A DNA stretch of 64,000 bases from Eledone cirrhosa (taxonomy: Eukaryota). The position numbers and the translations under genes are program-made. Shown here piece by piece: positions 50,101 to 62,100 of this stretch (the first letter of the stretch is position 1; the number at the start of each line of letters is the position of its first letter). Location: NCBI GenBank assembly GCA_964016885.1, contig OZ024747.1:29202001-29266000 (forward strand), given 5' to 3'. The notes under the pieces are model-generated. The model was given only the letters and a program-made list of their open reading frames with translations, was not told where the DNA came from and did no database searches.

Positions 50101-53100
50101 CTGTGTGTGTTACACGCCGCCGATCCGTCGTCCCTCTTCCAAGTTAGTTTTACGTGTAGACGGCGTGTGTGTGTGTCTGTGTGTGTTACACGCCGCCGAT
50201 CCGTCGTCCGTCTTCCAAGTTAGTTTTACGTGTAGACGGCGTGTGTGAGTGTCTGTGTGTGTTACACGCCGCCGATCCGTCGTCCGTCTTCCAAGTTAGT
50301 ATTACGTGCGGCTATGCGTGTAACACTCTGTCGTCCGTCTTCCAAGTTAGTTTTACTTCTGGCTGTGCGTGTGACGACACTCTGTCGTCCGTCTTCCAAG
50401 TTAGTTTTACGTTTACACGGCGCGTGTGTGTGTGTCTGTATGTGTTACGCGCCGCTGATCCGTCGTCCGTCTTCCAAATTAGTTTTACGTGTAGACGGCA
50501 TTTGTTTGTGTCTCTGTGAGTTACACGCCGCCGATCCGTCGTCCGTCTTCCAAGTTAGTTTTCCGTGTAGACGGCGTGTGTCTGTGTCTGTGTGAGTTAC
50601 ACGACGCCGATCCGTCGTCCGTCTTCCACGTTAGGTTTACGTGTAGACGGCGTGTCTGTCTGTGTGTGTAACACGCCGCCGATCCGCCGTCCGTCTTCCA
50701 AGTTAGTTTTACGTGTAGACGGCGTGTGTGTGTGTCTGTGTGTGTTACACGCCGCCGATCCGTCGTCCGTCTTCCAAGTTAGTTTTACGTGTACACGGCG
50801 CGTGTGTGTGTGTCTGTGTGTGTTACGCGCCGCCGATCCGTCGTCCGTCTTCCAAATTAGTTTTACGTGTAGACGGCATTTGTTTGTGTCTGTGTGAGTT
50901 ACACTCCGCCGATACGGCGTCCGTCTTCCAAGTTAGCTTTACGTGTAGACGGCGTGTGTGTGTGTCTGTGTGTGTTACACGCCACCGATCCCTCGTCCGT
51001 CTTCCAAGTTAGTTTTACGTGTAGACGGCGTGTGTGTCTGTGTGTGTTACACACCGCCGATCCTTCGTCCGTCATCCAAATTAGTTTTACGTGTAGACGG
51101 CGTGTGTGTGTCTGTGTGTGTTACATGTCGCCAATCCGTTGTCCGTCTTCCAAGTTAGTTTTACGTGTAGACGGCGTGTGTGTGTGTCTGTGTGTGTTAC
51201 ACGCCGCCGATCCGAAATATTTACTGTGCGTGTGACACTCTGTCGTCCGTCTTCCAAGTTAGTATTACGTGCGGCTGTGCGTGTGACACTCTGTCGTCCG
51301 TCTTCCAAGTTAGTTTTACTTCTGGCTGTGCGTGTGACGACACTCTGTCGTCCGTCTTCCAAGTTAGTTTTACGTGTAGACGGCGTGTGTGTGTGTCTGT
51401 GTGTGTTACCCGCTGCCGATCCGTCGTCCGTCTTCCAAATTAGTTTCACGTGTAGACGGCGTGTGTGTGTATCTGTGTGTGCTACACGCCGCCGATCCGT
51501 CGTCCTTCTTCCAAGTTAGTTTTACGTGTACACGGCGCGTGTGTGTGTGTCTGTGTGTGTTACGCGCCGCCGATCCGTCGACCGTCTTCCAAATAAGTTT
51601 TACGTGTAGACGGCATTTGTTTTTGTCTGTGTGAGTTACACACCGCCAATCCTTCGTTCGTCATCCAAATTAGTTTTACGTGTAGACGGCGTGTGTGTGT
51701 ATCTGTGTGTGTTACACGCCACCGATCGGTCGTCCGTCTTCCAAGTTAGTTTTACGTGTAGACGGCGTGTGTGTCTGTGTGAGTTACACGCCGCCGATCC
51801 GTCGTCCGTCTTCCAAGTTAGTTTTACGTGTAGACGGCGTGTGTGTGTGCCTGTGTGTGTTACACGCCGCCGATCCGTCGCCCGTCTTCCAAGTTAGTTT
51901 TACGTGTAGACGGCGTGTGTGTGTGTCTGTGTGTGTTACACGCCGCCGATCCGAAATATTTACTCTGCGTGTGACACTCTGTCGTCCGTCTTCCAAGTTA
52001 GTATTACGTGCGGCTGTGCGTGTAACACTCTGTCGTCCGTCTTCCAAGTTAGTTTTACTTCTGGCTGTGCGTGTGACGACACTCTGTCGTCCGTCTTCCA
52101 AGTCAGTTTTACGTGTAGACGGCGTGTGTGTGTGTCTGTGTGTGTTACCTGCCGCCTATCCGTCGTCCGTCTTCCAAATTAGTTTTACGTGTAGACGGCG
52201 TGTGTGTGTATCTGTGTGTGTTACACGCCGCCTATCCGTCGTTCGTCTTCCAAGTTAGTTTCACGTGTAGACGGCGTGTGTGTGTGTCTGTGTGTGTTAC
52301 ACGCCGCCGATCCGTCGTCCGTCTTCCAAGTTAGTCTTACGTGGAGACGGCGTGTGTGTGTGTCTGTGTGTGTTACACGCCGCCGATCCGTCGTCCGTCT
52401 TCCAAGTTAGTATTACGTGCGGCTGTGCGTGTGACACTCTGTCGTCCGTTTTCCAAGTTAGTTTTACTTCTGGCTGTGCGTGTGACGACACTCTGTCGTC
52501 CATCTTCCAAGTTAGTTTTCCGTGTAGACGGCGTGTGTCTTAGTCTGTGTGAGTTACACGCCGCCGATCCGTCGCCTGTCTTCCACGTTAGGTTTACGTG
52601 TAGACGGCGTGTGTGTGTATCTGTGTGTGTTACACGCCGCCGATCCGTCGTCCGTCTTCCAAGTTAGTTTTACGTGTAGACGGCGTGTGTGTGTGTCTGT
52701 GTGTGTTACACGCCGCCGATGCGAAATATTTACTGTGCGTGTGACACTCTGTCGTCCGTCTTCCAAGTTAGTATTACGTGCGGTTGTGCGTGTGACACTC
52801 TGTCGTCCGTCTTCCAAGTTAGTTTTACTTCTGGCTGTGCGTGTGACGACACTCTGTCGTCCGTCTTCCAAGTTAGTTTTACGTGTAGACGGCGTGTGTG
52901 TGTGTCTGTGTGTGTTACACGCCGCCGATCCGTCCTCCGTCTTCCAAGTTAGTTTTAAGTGTAGACGGCGTGTGTGTGTGTCTGTGTGTGTTACACGCCG
53001 CCGATGCGAAATATTTACTGTGCGTGTGACACTCTGTCGTCCGTCTTCCAAGTTAGTATTACGTGCGGTTGTGCGTGTGACACTCTGTTGTCCGTCTTCC

Positions 53101-56100
53101 AAGTTAGTTTTACTTCTGGCTGTGCGTGTGACGACACTCTGTCGTCCGTCTTCCAAGTTAGTTTTACGTGTAGACGGCGTGTGTGTGTGTCTGTGTGTGT
53201 TACACGCCGCCGATCCGTCATCCGTCTTCCAAGTTAGTTTTAAGTGTAGACGGCGTGTGTGTCTGTGTGTGTTACACACCGCCGATCCTTCGTCCGTCAT
53301 CCAAATTAGTTTTACGTGTAGACGGCGTGTGTGTGTGTCTGTGTGTGTTACATGCCGCCGATCCGTCGTCCGTCTTCCAAGTTAGTTTTACGTGTAGACG
53401 GCGTGTGTGTGTGTCTGTGTGTGTTACACACCGCCGATCCGAAATATTTACTGTGCGTGTGACACTCTGTCGTCCGTCTTCCAAGTTAGTATTACGTGCG
53501 GCTGTGCGTGTGACACTCTGTCGTCCGTCTTCCAAGTTAGTTTTACTTCTGGCTGTGCGTGTGACGACACTCTGTCGTCCGTCTTCCAAGTTAGTTTTAC
53601 GTGTAGACGGCGTGTGTGTGTGTCTGTGTGTGTTACCCGCCGCCGATCCGTCGTCCGTCTTCCAAATTAGTTTCACGTGTAGACGGCGTGTGTGTGTATC
53701 TGTGTGTGTTACACGCCGCCGATCCGTCGTCCGTCTTCCAAGTTAGTTTTACGTGTACACGGCGCGTGTGTGTGTGTCTGTGTGTGTTACGCGCCGCCGA
53801 TCCGTCGTCCGTCTTCCAAATTAGTTTTACGTGTAGACGGCATTTGTTTGTGTCTGTGTGAGTTACACACCGCCGATCCTTCGTCCGTCATCCAAATTAG
53901 TTTTACGTGTAGACGGCGTGTGTGTGTGTCTGTGTGTGTTACATGCCGCCGATCCGTCGTCCGTCTTCCAAGTTAGTTTTACGTGGAGACGGCGTGTGTG
54001 TGTCTGTGTGTGTTACACGCCGCCGATCCGTCGTCCGTCTTCCAAGTTAGTGTTACGTGGAGACGGCGTGTGTGTGTCTGTGTGTGTTACACGCCGCCGA
54101 TCCGTCGTCCGTCTTCCAAGTTAGTTTTACGTGTAGACGGCGTGTCTGTCTGTGTGTGTTACACACCGCCGATCCTTCGTCCGTCATCCAAATTAGTTTT
54201 ACGTGTAGACGGCGTGTGTGTGTCTGTGTGTGTTACATGCCGCCGATCCGTCGTCCGTCTTCCAAGTTAGTTTTACGTGCGGCTGTGCGTGTGACACTCT
54301 GTCGTCCGTCTTCCAAGTTAGTTTTGAGTGTCTATGTGTGTTACACGGCGCCGCGAATCCGTCGCCCGTCTTCCAAGTTAGTTTTCCGTGCGGCTGTGCG
54401 TGACATTCTGTCGTCCGTCTTCCAAGTTAATTTTACGTGTAGACGGCGTGTGTGTGTCTCTGTGTGTGCTACACGCCGCCGATCCGCCGTCCGTCTTCCA
54501 AGTTAGTTTTACGTGTAAACGGCGTGTGTGTGTGTCTGTGTGTGTTACACGCCGCCGATCCGTCGTCCGTCTTCCAAGTCAGTTTTACTCCTGGCTGTGC
54601 GTGTGACACTCTGTCGTCCGTCTTCCAAGTTAGTTTTACGTGCGGCTGTGCATGTGACACTCTGTCGTCCGTCTTCAAAGTTAGTTTTACTTCTGGTTGT
54701 GCGTGTGACGACACTCTATCGTCCGTATTCCAAGTTAGCTTTACGTGTAGACGGCGATGTGTGTTTCTGTATGCGTTACACGCCGCCGATCCGTCGTCCG
54801 TCTTCCAAGTTAGTTTTACGTGTAGACGGCGTGTGTGTGTGTCTGTGTGTGTTACACGCCGCCGATCCGTCGTCGAAGTTAGTTTTACGTCTGGCCGGGC
54901 GTGTGACGAGACTCTGTCGTCCGTCTTCCAAGTTACTTTTACGTGTAGACGGCGTGTGTGTGTGTGTCTGTGTGTGTGTTACACGCCGCCGAACCGTCAT
55001 CCGTCTTCCAAGTTAGCTTTACGTGTAGACGGCGTGTGTGTCTGTCTGTGTGTGTTACACGCCGCCGATCCGTCGTCCGTCTTCAAAGTTAGTTTTACGT
55101 GTAGACGGCCTGTGTGTGTGTCTGTGTGTGTTACACGCCGCCGATCCGTCGTCCTTCTTCCAAGTTAGTTTTACTTCTGGCTGTGCGTGTGACGACACCC
55201 TGTCCTCCGTCTTCTAAGTTAGTTTTACTTCTGGCTGTGCGTGTGACGACACTCTGTCGTCCGTCTTCCAAGTTAGTTTTACGTGTAGACGGCGTGTGTG
55301 TGTGTCTGTGTGTGTTACCCGCCGCCGATCCGTCGTCCGTCTTCCAAATTAGTTTCACGTGTAGACGGCGTGTGTGTGTATCTGTGTGTGTTACACGCCG
55401 CCGATCCGTCGTCCGTCTTCCAAGTTAGTGTTACGTGTACACGGCGCGTGTGTGTGTGTCTGTGTGTGTTACGCGCCGCCGATCCGTCGTCCGTCTTCCA
55501 AATTAGTTTTACGTGTAGACGGCATTTGTTTGTGTCTGTGTGAGTTACACACCGCCTATCCTTCGTCCGTCATCCAAATTAGTTTTACGTGTAGACGGCG
55601 TGTGTGTGTGTCTGTGTGTGTTACATGCCGCCGATCCGTCGTCCGTCTTCCAAGTTAGTTTTACGTGTAGACGGCGTGTGTGTATATCTGTGTGTGTTAC
55701 ACGCCGCCGATCCGTCGTCCGTCTTCCAAGTTAGTTTTACGTGTAGACGGCGTGTGTGTCTGTGTGAGTTACACGCCGCCGATCCGTCGTCCGTCTTCCA
55801 AGTTAGTTTTACATGTAGACGGCGTGTGTGTGTGTCTGTGTGGGTTACACGCCGCCGATCCGTCGCCCGTCTTCCAAGTTAGTTTTACGTGTAGACGGCG
55901 TGTGTGTGTGTCTGTGTGTGTTACACGCCGCCGATCCGAAATATTCACTGTGCGTGTGACACTCTGTCGTCCGTCGTCCAAGTTAGTATTACGTGCGGTT
56001 GTGCGTGTGACACTCTGTCGTCCGTCTTCCAAGTTAGTTTTACTTCTGGTTGTGCGTGTGACGACACTCTGTCGTCCGTCTTCCAAGTTAGTTTTACGTG

Positions 56101-59100
56101 TAGACGGCGTGTGTGTGTGTCTGTGTGTGTTACCCGCCGCCTATCCGTCGTTCGTCTTCCAAGTTAGTTTCACGTGTAGACGGCGTGTGTGTGTGTCTGT
56201 GTGTGTTACCCGCCGCCTATCCGTCGTTCGTCTTCCAAGTTAGTTTCACGTGTAGACGGCGTATGCGAGTGTCTGTGTGTGTTACACGCCGCCGATCCGT
56301 CGTCCGTCTTCGAAGTTAGTATTACGTGCGGCTGTGCGTGTGACACTCTGTCGTCCGTCTTCCAAGTTAGTTTTACTTCTGGCTGTGCGTGTGACGACAC
56401 TCTGTCGTCCGTCTTCCAAGTTAGTTTTCCGTGTAGACGGCGTGTGTCTGTGTCTGTGTGAGTTACACGCCGCCGATCCGTCGCCCGTCTTCCACGTTAG
56501 ATTTACGTGTAGACGGCGTGTGTGTGTATCTGTGTGTGTTACACGCCGCCGATCCGTCGTCCGTCTTCCAAGTTAGTTTTACGTGTAGACGGCGTGTGTG
56601 TGTGTCTGTGTGTGTTACACGCCGCCGATCCGTCGTCCGTCTTCCAAGTTAGTTTTACGTGTACACGGCGCGTGTGTGTGTGTCTGTGTGTGTTACGCGC
56701 CGCCGATCCGCCGTCCGTCTTCCAAATTAGTTTTACGTGTAGACGGCATTTGTTTGTGTCTGTGTGTGTTACACGCCGCCCATCCGTCGTCCGTCTTCCA
56801 AGTTAGTTTTCCGTGTAGACGGCGTGTGTCTGTGTCTGTGTGAGTTACAAGCCGCCGATCCGTCGTCCGTCTTCCACGTTAGGTTTACGTGTAGACGGCG
56901 TGTCTGTCTGTGTGTATAACACGCCGCCGATCCGCCGTCCGTCTTCCAAGTTAGATTTACGTGTACACGGCACGTGTGTGTGTGTCTGTGTGTGTTACGC
57001 GCCGCCGATCCGTCGTCCGTCTTCCAAATTAGTTTTACGTGTAGACGGCATTTGTTTGTGTCTGTGTGTGTTACACGCCGCCGATACGGCGTCCGTCTCC
57101 CAAGTTAGCTTTACGTGTAGACGGCGTGTGTGTGTGTCTGTGTGTGTTACACGCCGCCGATCCGTCGTCCGCCTTCCAAGTTAGTTTTACGTGTAGACAG
57201 CGTGTGTGTCTGTGTGTGTTACACACCGCCGATCCTTCGTCCGTCATCCAAATTAGTTTTACGTGTAGACGGCTTGTGTGTGTGTCTGTGTGTGTCACAT
57301 GCCGCCGATCCGTCGTCCGTCTTCCAAGTTAGTTTTACATGTAGTCGGCGTGTGTGTGTGTCTGTGTGTGTGTGTGTCTGTGTGTGTTACACGCCGCCGA
57401 TCCGTCGCCCGTCTTCCAAGTTAGTTTTACGTGTAGACGGCGTGTGTGTGTGTCTGTGTGAGTTACACGCCGCCGATCCGAAATATTTACTGTGCGTGTG
57501 ACACTCTGTCGTCCGTCTTCCAAGTTAGTATTACGTGCGGCTGTGCGTGTGACACTCTGTCGTCCGTCTTCCAAGTTAGTTTTACTTCTGGCTGTGCGTG
57601 TGACGACACTCTGTCGTCCGTCTTCCAAGTTAGTTTTACGTGTAGACGGCGTGTGTGTGTGTCTGTGTGTGTTACCCGCCGCCTATCCGTCGTCCGTCTT
57701 CCAAATTAGTTTTACGTGTACACGGCACGTGTGTGTGTCTGTGTGTGTTACACGCCGCCTATCCGTCGTTCGTCTTCCAAGTTAGTTTCACGTGTAGACG
57801 GCGTGTGTGTGTGTCTGTGTGTGTTACACGCCGCCGATCCGTCGTCCGTCTTCCAAGTTAGTGTTACGTGGAGACGGCGTGTGTGTGTCTGTGTGTGTTA
57901 CACGCCGCCGATCCGTCGTCCGTCTTCCAAGTTAGTTTTACGTGTAGACGGTGTGTCTGTCTGTGTGTGTTACACACCGCCGATCCTTCGTCCGTCATCC
58001 AAATTAGTTTTACGTGTAGACGGCGTGTGTGTGTCTGTGTGTGTTACATGCCGCCGATCCGTCGTCCGTCTTCCAAGTTAGTTTTACGTGTAGACGGCGT
58101 GTGTGTGTGTCTGTGTGTGTTACACGCCGCCGATCCGAAATATTTACTGTGCGTGTGACACTCTGTCGTCCGTCTTCAAAGTTAGTTTTACTTCTGGCTA
58201 TGCGTGTGACGACACTCTGTCATCCGTCTTCCAAGTTAGTTTTACGTGTAGACGGCGTGTGTGTGTGTCTGTGTGTGTTACACGCCGCTGATCCGTCGTC
58301 GAAGTTAGTTTTACGTCTGGCCGGGCGTGTGACGAGACTCTGTCGTCCGTCTTCCAAGTTACTTTTACGTGTAGACGGCGTGTGTGTGTGTGTCTGTGTG
58401 TGTGTTACACGCCGCCGATCCGTCATCCATCTTCCAAGTTAGCTTTACGTGTAGACGGCGTGTGTGTCTGTCTGTGTGTGTTACACGCCGCCGATCCGTC
58501 GTCCGTCTTCAAAGTTAGTTTTACGTGTAGACGGCCTGTGTGTGTGTCTGTGTGTGTTACACGCCGCCGATCCGTCGTCCTTCTTCCAAGTTAGGTTTAC
58601 TTCTGGCTGTGCGTGTGACGACACCCTGTCCTCCGTCTTCTAAGTTTGTTTTACTTCTGGCTGTGCGTGTGACGACACTCTGTCGTCCGTCTTCCAAGTT
58701 AGTTTTACGTGTAGACGGCGTGTGTGTGTGTCTGTGTGTGTTACCCGCCGCCGATCCGTCGTCCGTCTTCCAAATTAGTTTCACGTGTAGACGGCGTGTC
58801 TGTGTATCTGTGTGTGTTACACGCCGCCGATCCGTCGTCCGTCTTCCAAGTTAGTTTTACGTGTACACGGCGCGTGTGTGTGTGTCTGTGTGTGTTACGC
58901 GCCGCCGATCCGTCGTCCGTCTTCCAAATTAGTTTTACGTGTAGACGGCGTGTGTGTGTGTCTGTGTGTGTTACACGCCGCCGATCCGAAATATTTACTG
59001 TGCGTGTGACACTCTGTCGTCCGTCTTCCAAGTTAGTATTACGTGCGGTTGTGCGTGTGACACTCTGTCGTCCGTCTTCCAAGTTAGTTTTACTTCTGGC

Positions 59101-62100
59101 TGTGCGTGTGACGACACTCTGTCGTCCGTCTTCCAAGTTAGTTTTACGTGTAGACGGCGTGTGTGTGTGTCTGTGTGTGTTACACGCCGCCGATCCGTCG
59201 TCCGTCTTCCAAGTTAGATTTACGTGTACACGGCGCGTGTGTGTGTGTCTGTGTGTGTTAAGCGCCTCCGATCCGTCGTCCGTCTTCGAAATTAGTCTTA
59301 CGTGTAGACGGCATTTGTTTGTGTCTGTGTGAGTTACACGCCGCCGATCCGTCGTCCGTCTTCCAAGTTAGTTTTACGTGTAGACGGCGTGTGTGTGTGT
59401 CTGTGTGTGTTACACGCCGCCGATCCGAAATATTTACTGTGCGTGTGACACTCTGTCGTCCGTCTTCCAAGTTAGTATTACGTGCGGCTGTGCGTGTGAC
59501 GACACTCTGTCGTCCGTCTTCCAAGTTAGTTTTACGTGTAGACGGCGTGTGTGTGTGTCTGTGTGTGTTACCCGCCGCCGATCCGTCGTCCGTCTTCCAA
59601 ATTAATTTCACGTGTAGACGGCGTGTGTGTGTATCTGTGTGTGTTACACGCCGCCGATCCGTCGTCCGTCTTCCAAGTTAGTTTTACGTGTACACGGCGC
59701 GTGTGTGTGTGTCTGTGTGTGTTACGCGCCGCCGATCCGTCGTCCGTCTTCCAAATTAGTTTTACGTGTAGACGGCATTTGTTTGTGTCTGTGTGAGTTA
59801 CACACCGCCGATCCTTCGTCCGTCATCCAAATTAGTTTTACGTGTAGAAGGCGTGTGTGTGTGTCTGTGTGTGTTACATGCCGCCGATCCGTCGTCCGTC
59901 TTCCAAGTTAGTTTTACGTGTAGACGGCGTGTGTGTGTATCTGTGTGTGTTACACGCCGCCGATCCGTCGTCCGTCTTCCAAGTTAGTTTTACGTGTAGA
60001 CGGCGTGTGTGTCTGTGTGAGTTACACGCCGCCGATCCGTCGTCCGTCTTCCAAGTTAGTTTTACATGTAGACGGCGTGTGTGTGCGTCTGTGTGTGTGT
60101 GTGTCTGTGTGTGTTACACGCCGCCGATCCGTCGCCCGTCTTCCAAGTTAGTTTTACGTGTAGACGGCGTGTGTGTGTGTCTGTGTGTGTTACACGCCGC
60201 CGATCCGAAATATTTACTGTGCGTGTGTCACTCTGTCGTCCGACTTCCAAGTTAGTATTACGTGCGGCTGTGCGTGTGACACTCTGTCGTCCGTCTTCCA
60301 AGTAAGTTTTACTTGTGGCTGTGCGTGTGACGACACTCTGTCGTCCGTCTTCCAAGTTAGTTTTACGTGTAGACGGCGTGTGTGTGTGTCTGTGTGTGTT
60401 ACCTGCCGCCTATCCGCCGTCCGTCTTCCAAATTAGTTTTACGTGTAGACGGCGTGTGTGTGTATCTGTGTGTGTTACACGCCGCCTATCCGTCGTTCGT
60501 CTTCCAAGTTAGTTTCACGTGTAGACGGCGTGTGTGTGTGTCTGTGTGTGTTACACGCCGCCGATCCGTCGTCCGTCTTCCAAGTTAGTGTTACGTGGAG
60601 ACGGCGTGTGTGTGTCTGTGTGTGTTACACGCCGCCGATCCGTCGTCCGTCTTCCAAGTTAGTTTTACGTGTAGACGGCGTGTCTGTCTGTGTGTGTTAC
60701 ACACCGCCGATCCGTCGTCCGTCTTCCAAGTTAGTTTTACTTGTGGCTGTGCGTGTGACGACACTCTGTTGTCCGTCTTCCAAGTTAGTTTTACGTGTAG
60801 ACGGCGTGTGTGTGTCTCTGTGTGTGCTACACGCCGCCGATCCGCCGTCCGTCTTCCAAGTTAGTTTTACGTGTAAACGGCGTGTGTGTGTGTCTGTGTG
60901 TGTTACACGCCGCCGATCCGTCGTCCGTCTTCCAAGTTAGTTTTACCTGTAGACGGCGTGTGTGTGTGTCTGTGTGAGTTACACGCCGCCGATCCGTCGT
61001 CCGTCTTCCAAGTCAGTTTTACTCCTGGCTGTGCGTGTGACACGCTGTCGTCCGTCTTCCAAGTTAGTTTTACGTGCGGCTGTGCATGTCGTCCGTCTTC
61101 AAAGTTAGTTTTACTTCTGGTTGTGCGTGTTACGACACTCTATCGTCCGTATTCCAAGTTAGCTTTACGTGTAGACGGCGATGTGTGTTTCTGTGTGCGT
61201 TACACGCCGCCGATCCGTCGTCCGTCTTCCAAGTTAGTTTTACGTGTAGACGGCGTGTGTTTGTGTCTGTGTGTGTTACACGCCGCCGATCCGTCGTCGA
61301 AGTTAGTTTTACGTCTGGCCGGGCGTGTGACGAGACTCTGTCGTCCATCTTCCAAGTTACTTTTACGTGTAGACGGCGTGTGTGTGTGTGTCTGTGTGTG
61401 TGTTACACGCCGCCGAACCGTCATCCGTCTTCCAAGTTAGCTTTACGTGTAGACGGCGTGTGTGTCTGTCTGTGTGTGTTACACGCCGCCGATCCGTCGT
61501 CCGTCTTCAAAGTTAGTTTTACGTGTAGACGGCCTGTGTGTGTGTCTGTGTGTGTTACACGCCGCCGATCCGTCGTCCTTCTTCCAAGTTAGTTTTACTT
61601 CTGGCTGTGCGTGTGACGACACCCTGTCCTCCGTCTTCTAAGTTAGTTTTACTTCTGGCTGTGCGTGTGACGACACTCTGTCGTCCGTCTTCCAAGTTAG
61701 TTTTACGTGTAGACGGCGTGTGTGTGTGTATGTGTGTGTTACCCGCCGCCGATCCGTCGTCCGTCTTCCAAATTAGTTTCACGTGTAGACGGCGTGTGTG
61801 TGTATCTGTGTGTGTTACACGCCGCCGATCCGTCGTCCGTCTTCCAAGTTAGTGTTACGTGTACACGGCGCGTGTGTGTGTGTCTGTGTGTGTTACGCGC
61901 CGCCGATCCGTCGTCCGTCTTCCAAATTAGTTTTACGTGTAGACGGCATTTGTTTGTGTCTGTGTGAGTTACACACCGCCGATCCTTCGTCCGTCATCCA
62001 AATTAGTTTTACGTGTAGACGGCGTGTGTGTGTGTCTGTGTGTGTTACATGCCGCCGATCCGTCGTCCGTCTTCCAAGTTAGTTTTACGTGTAGACGGCG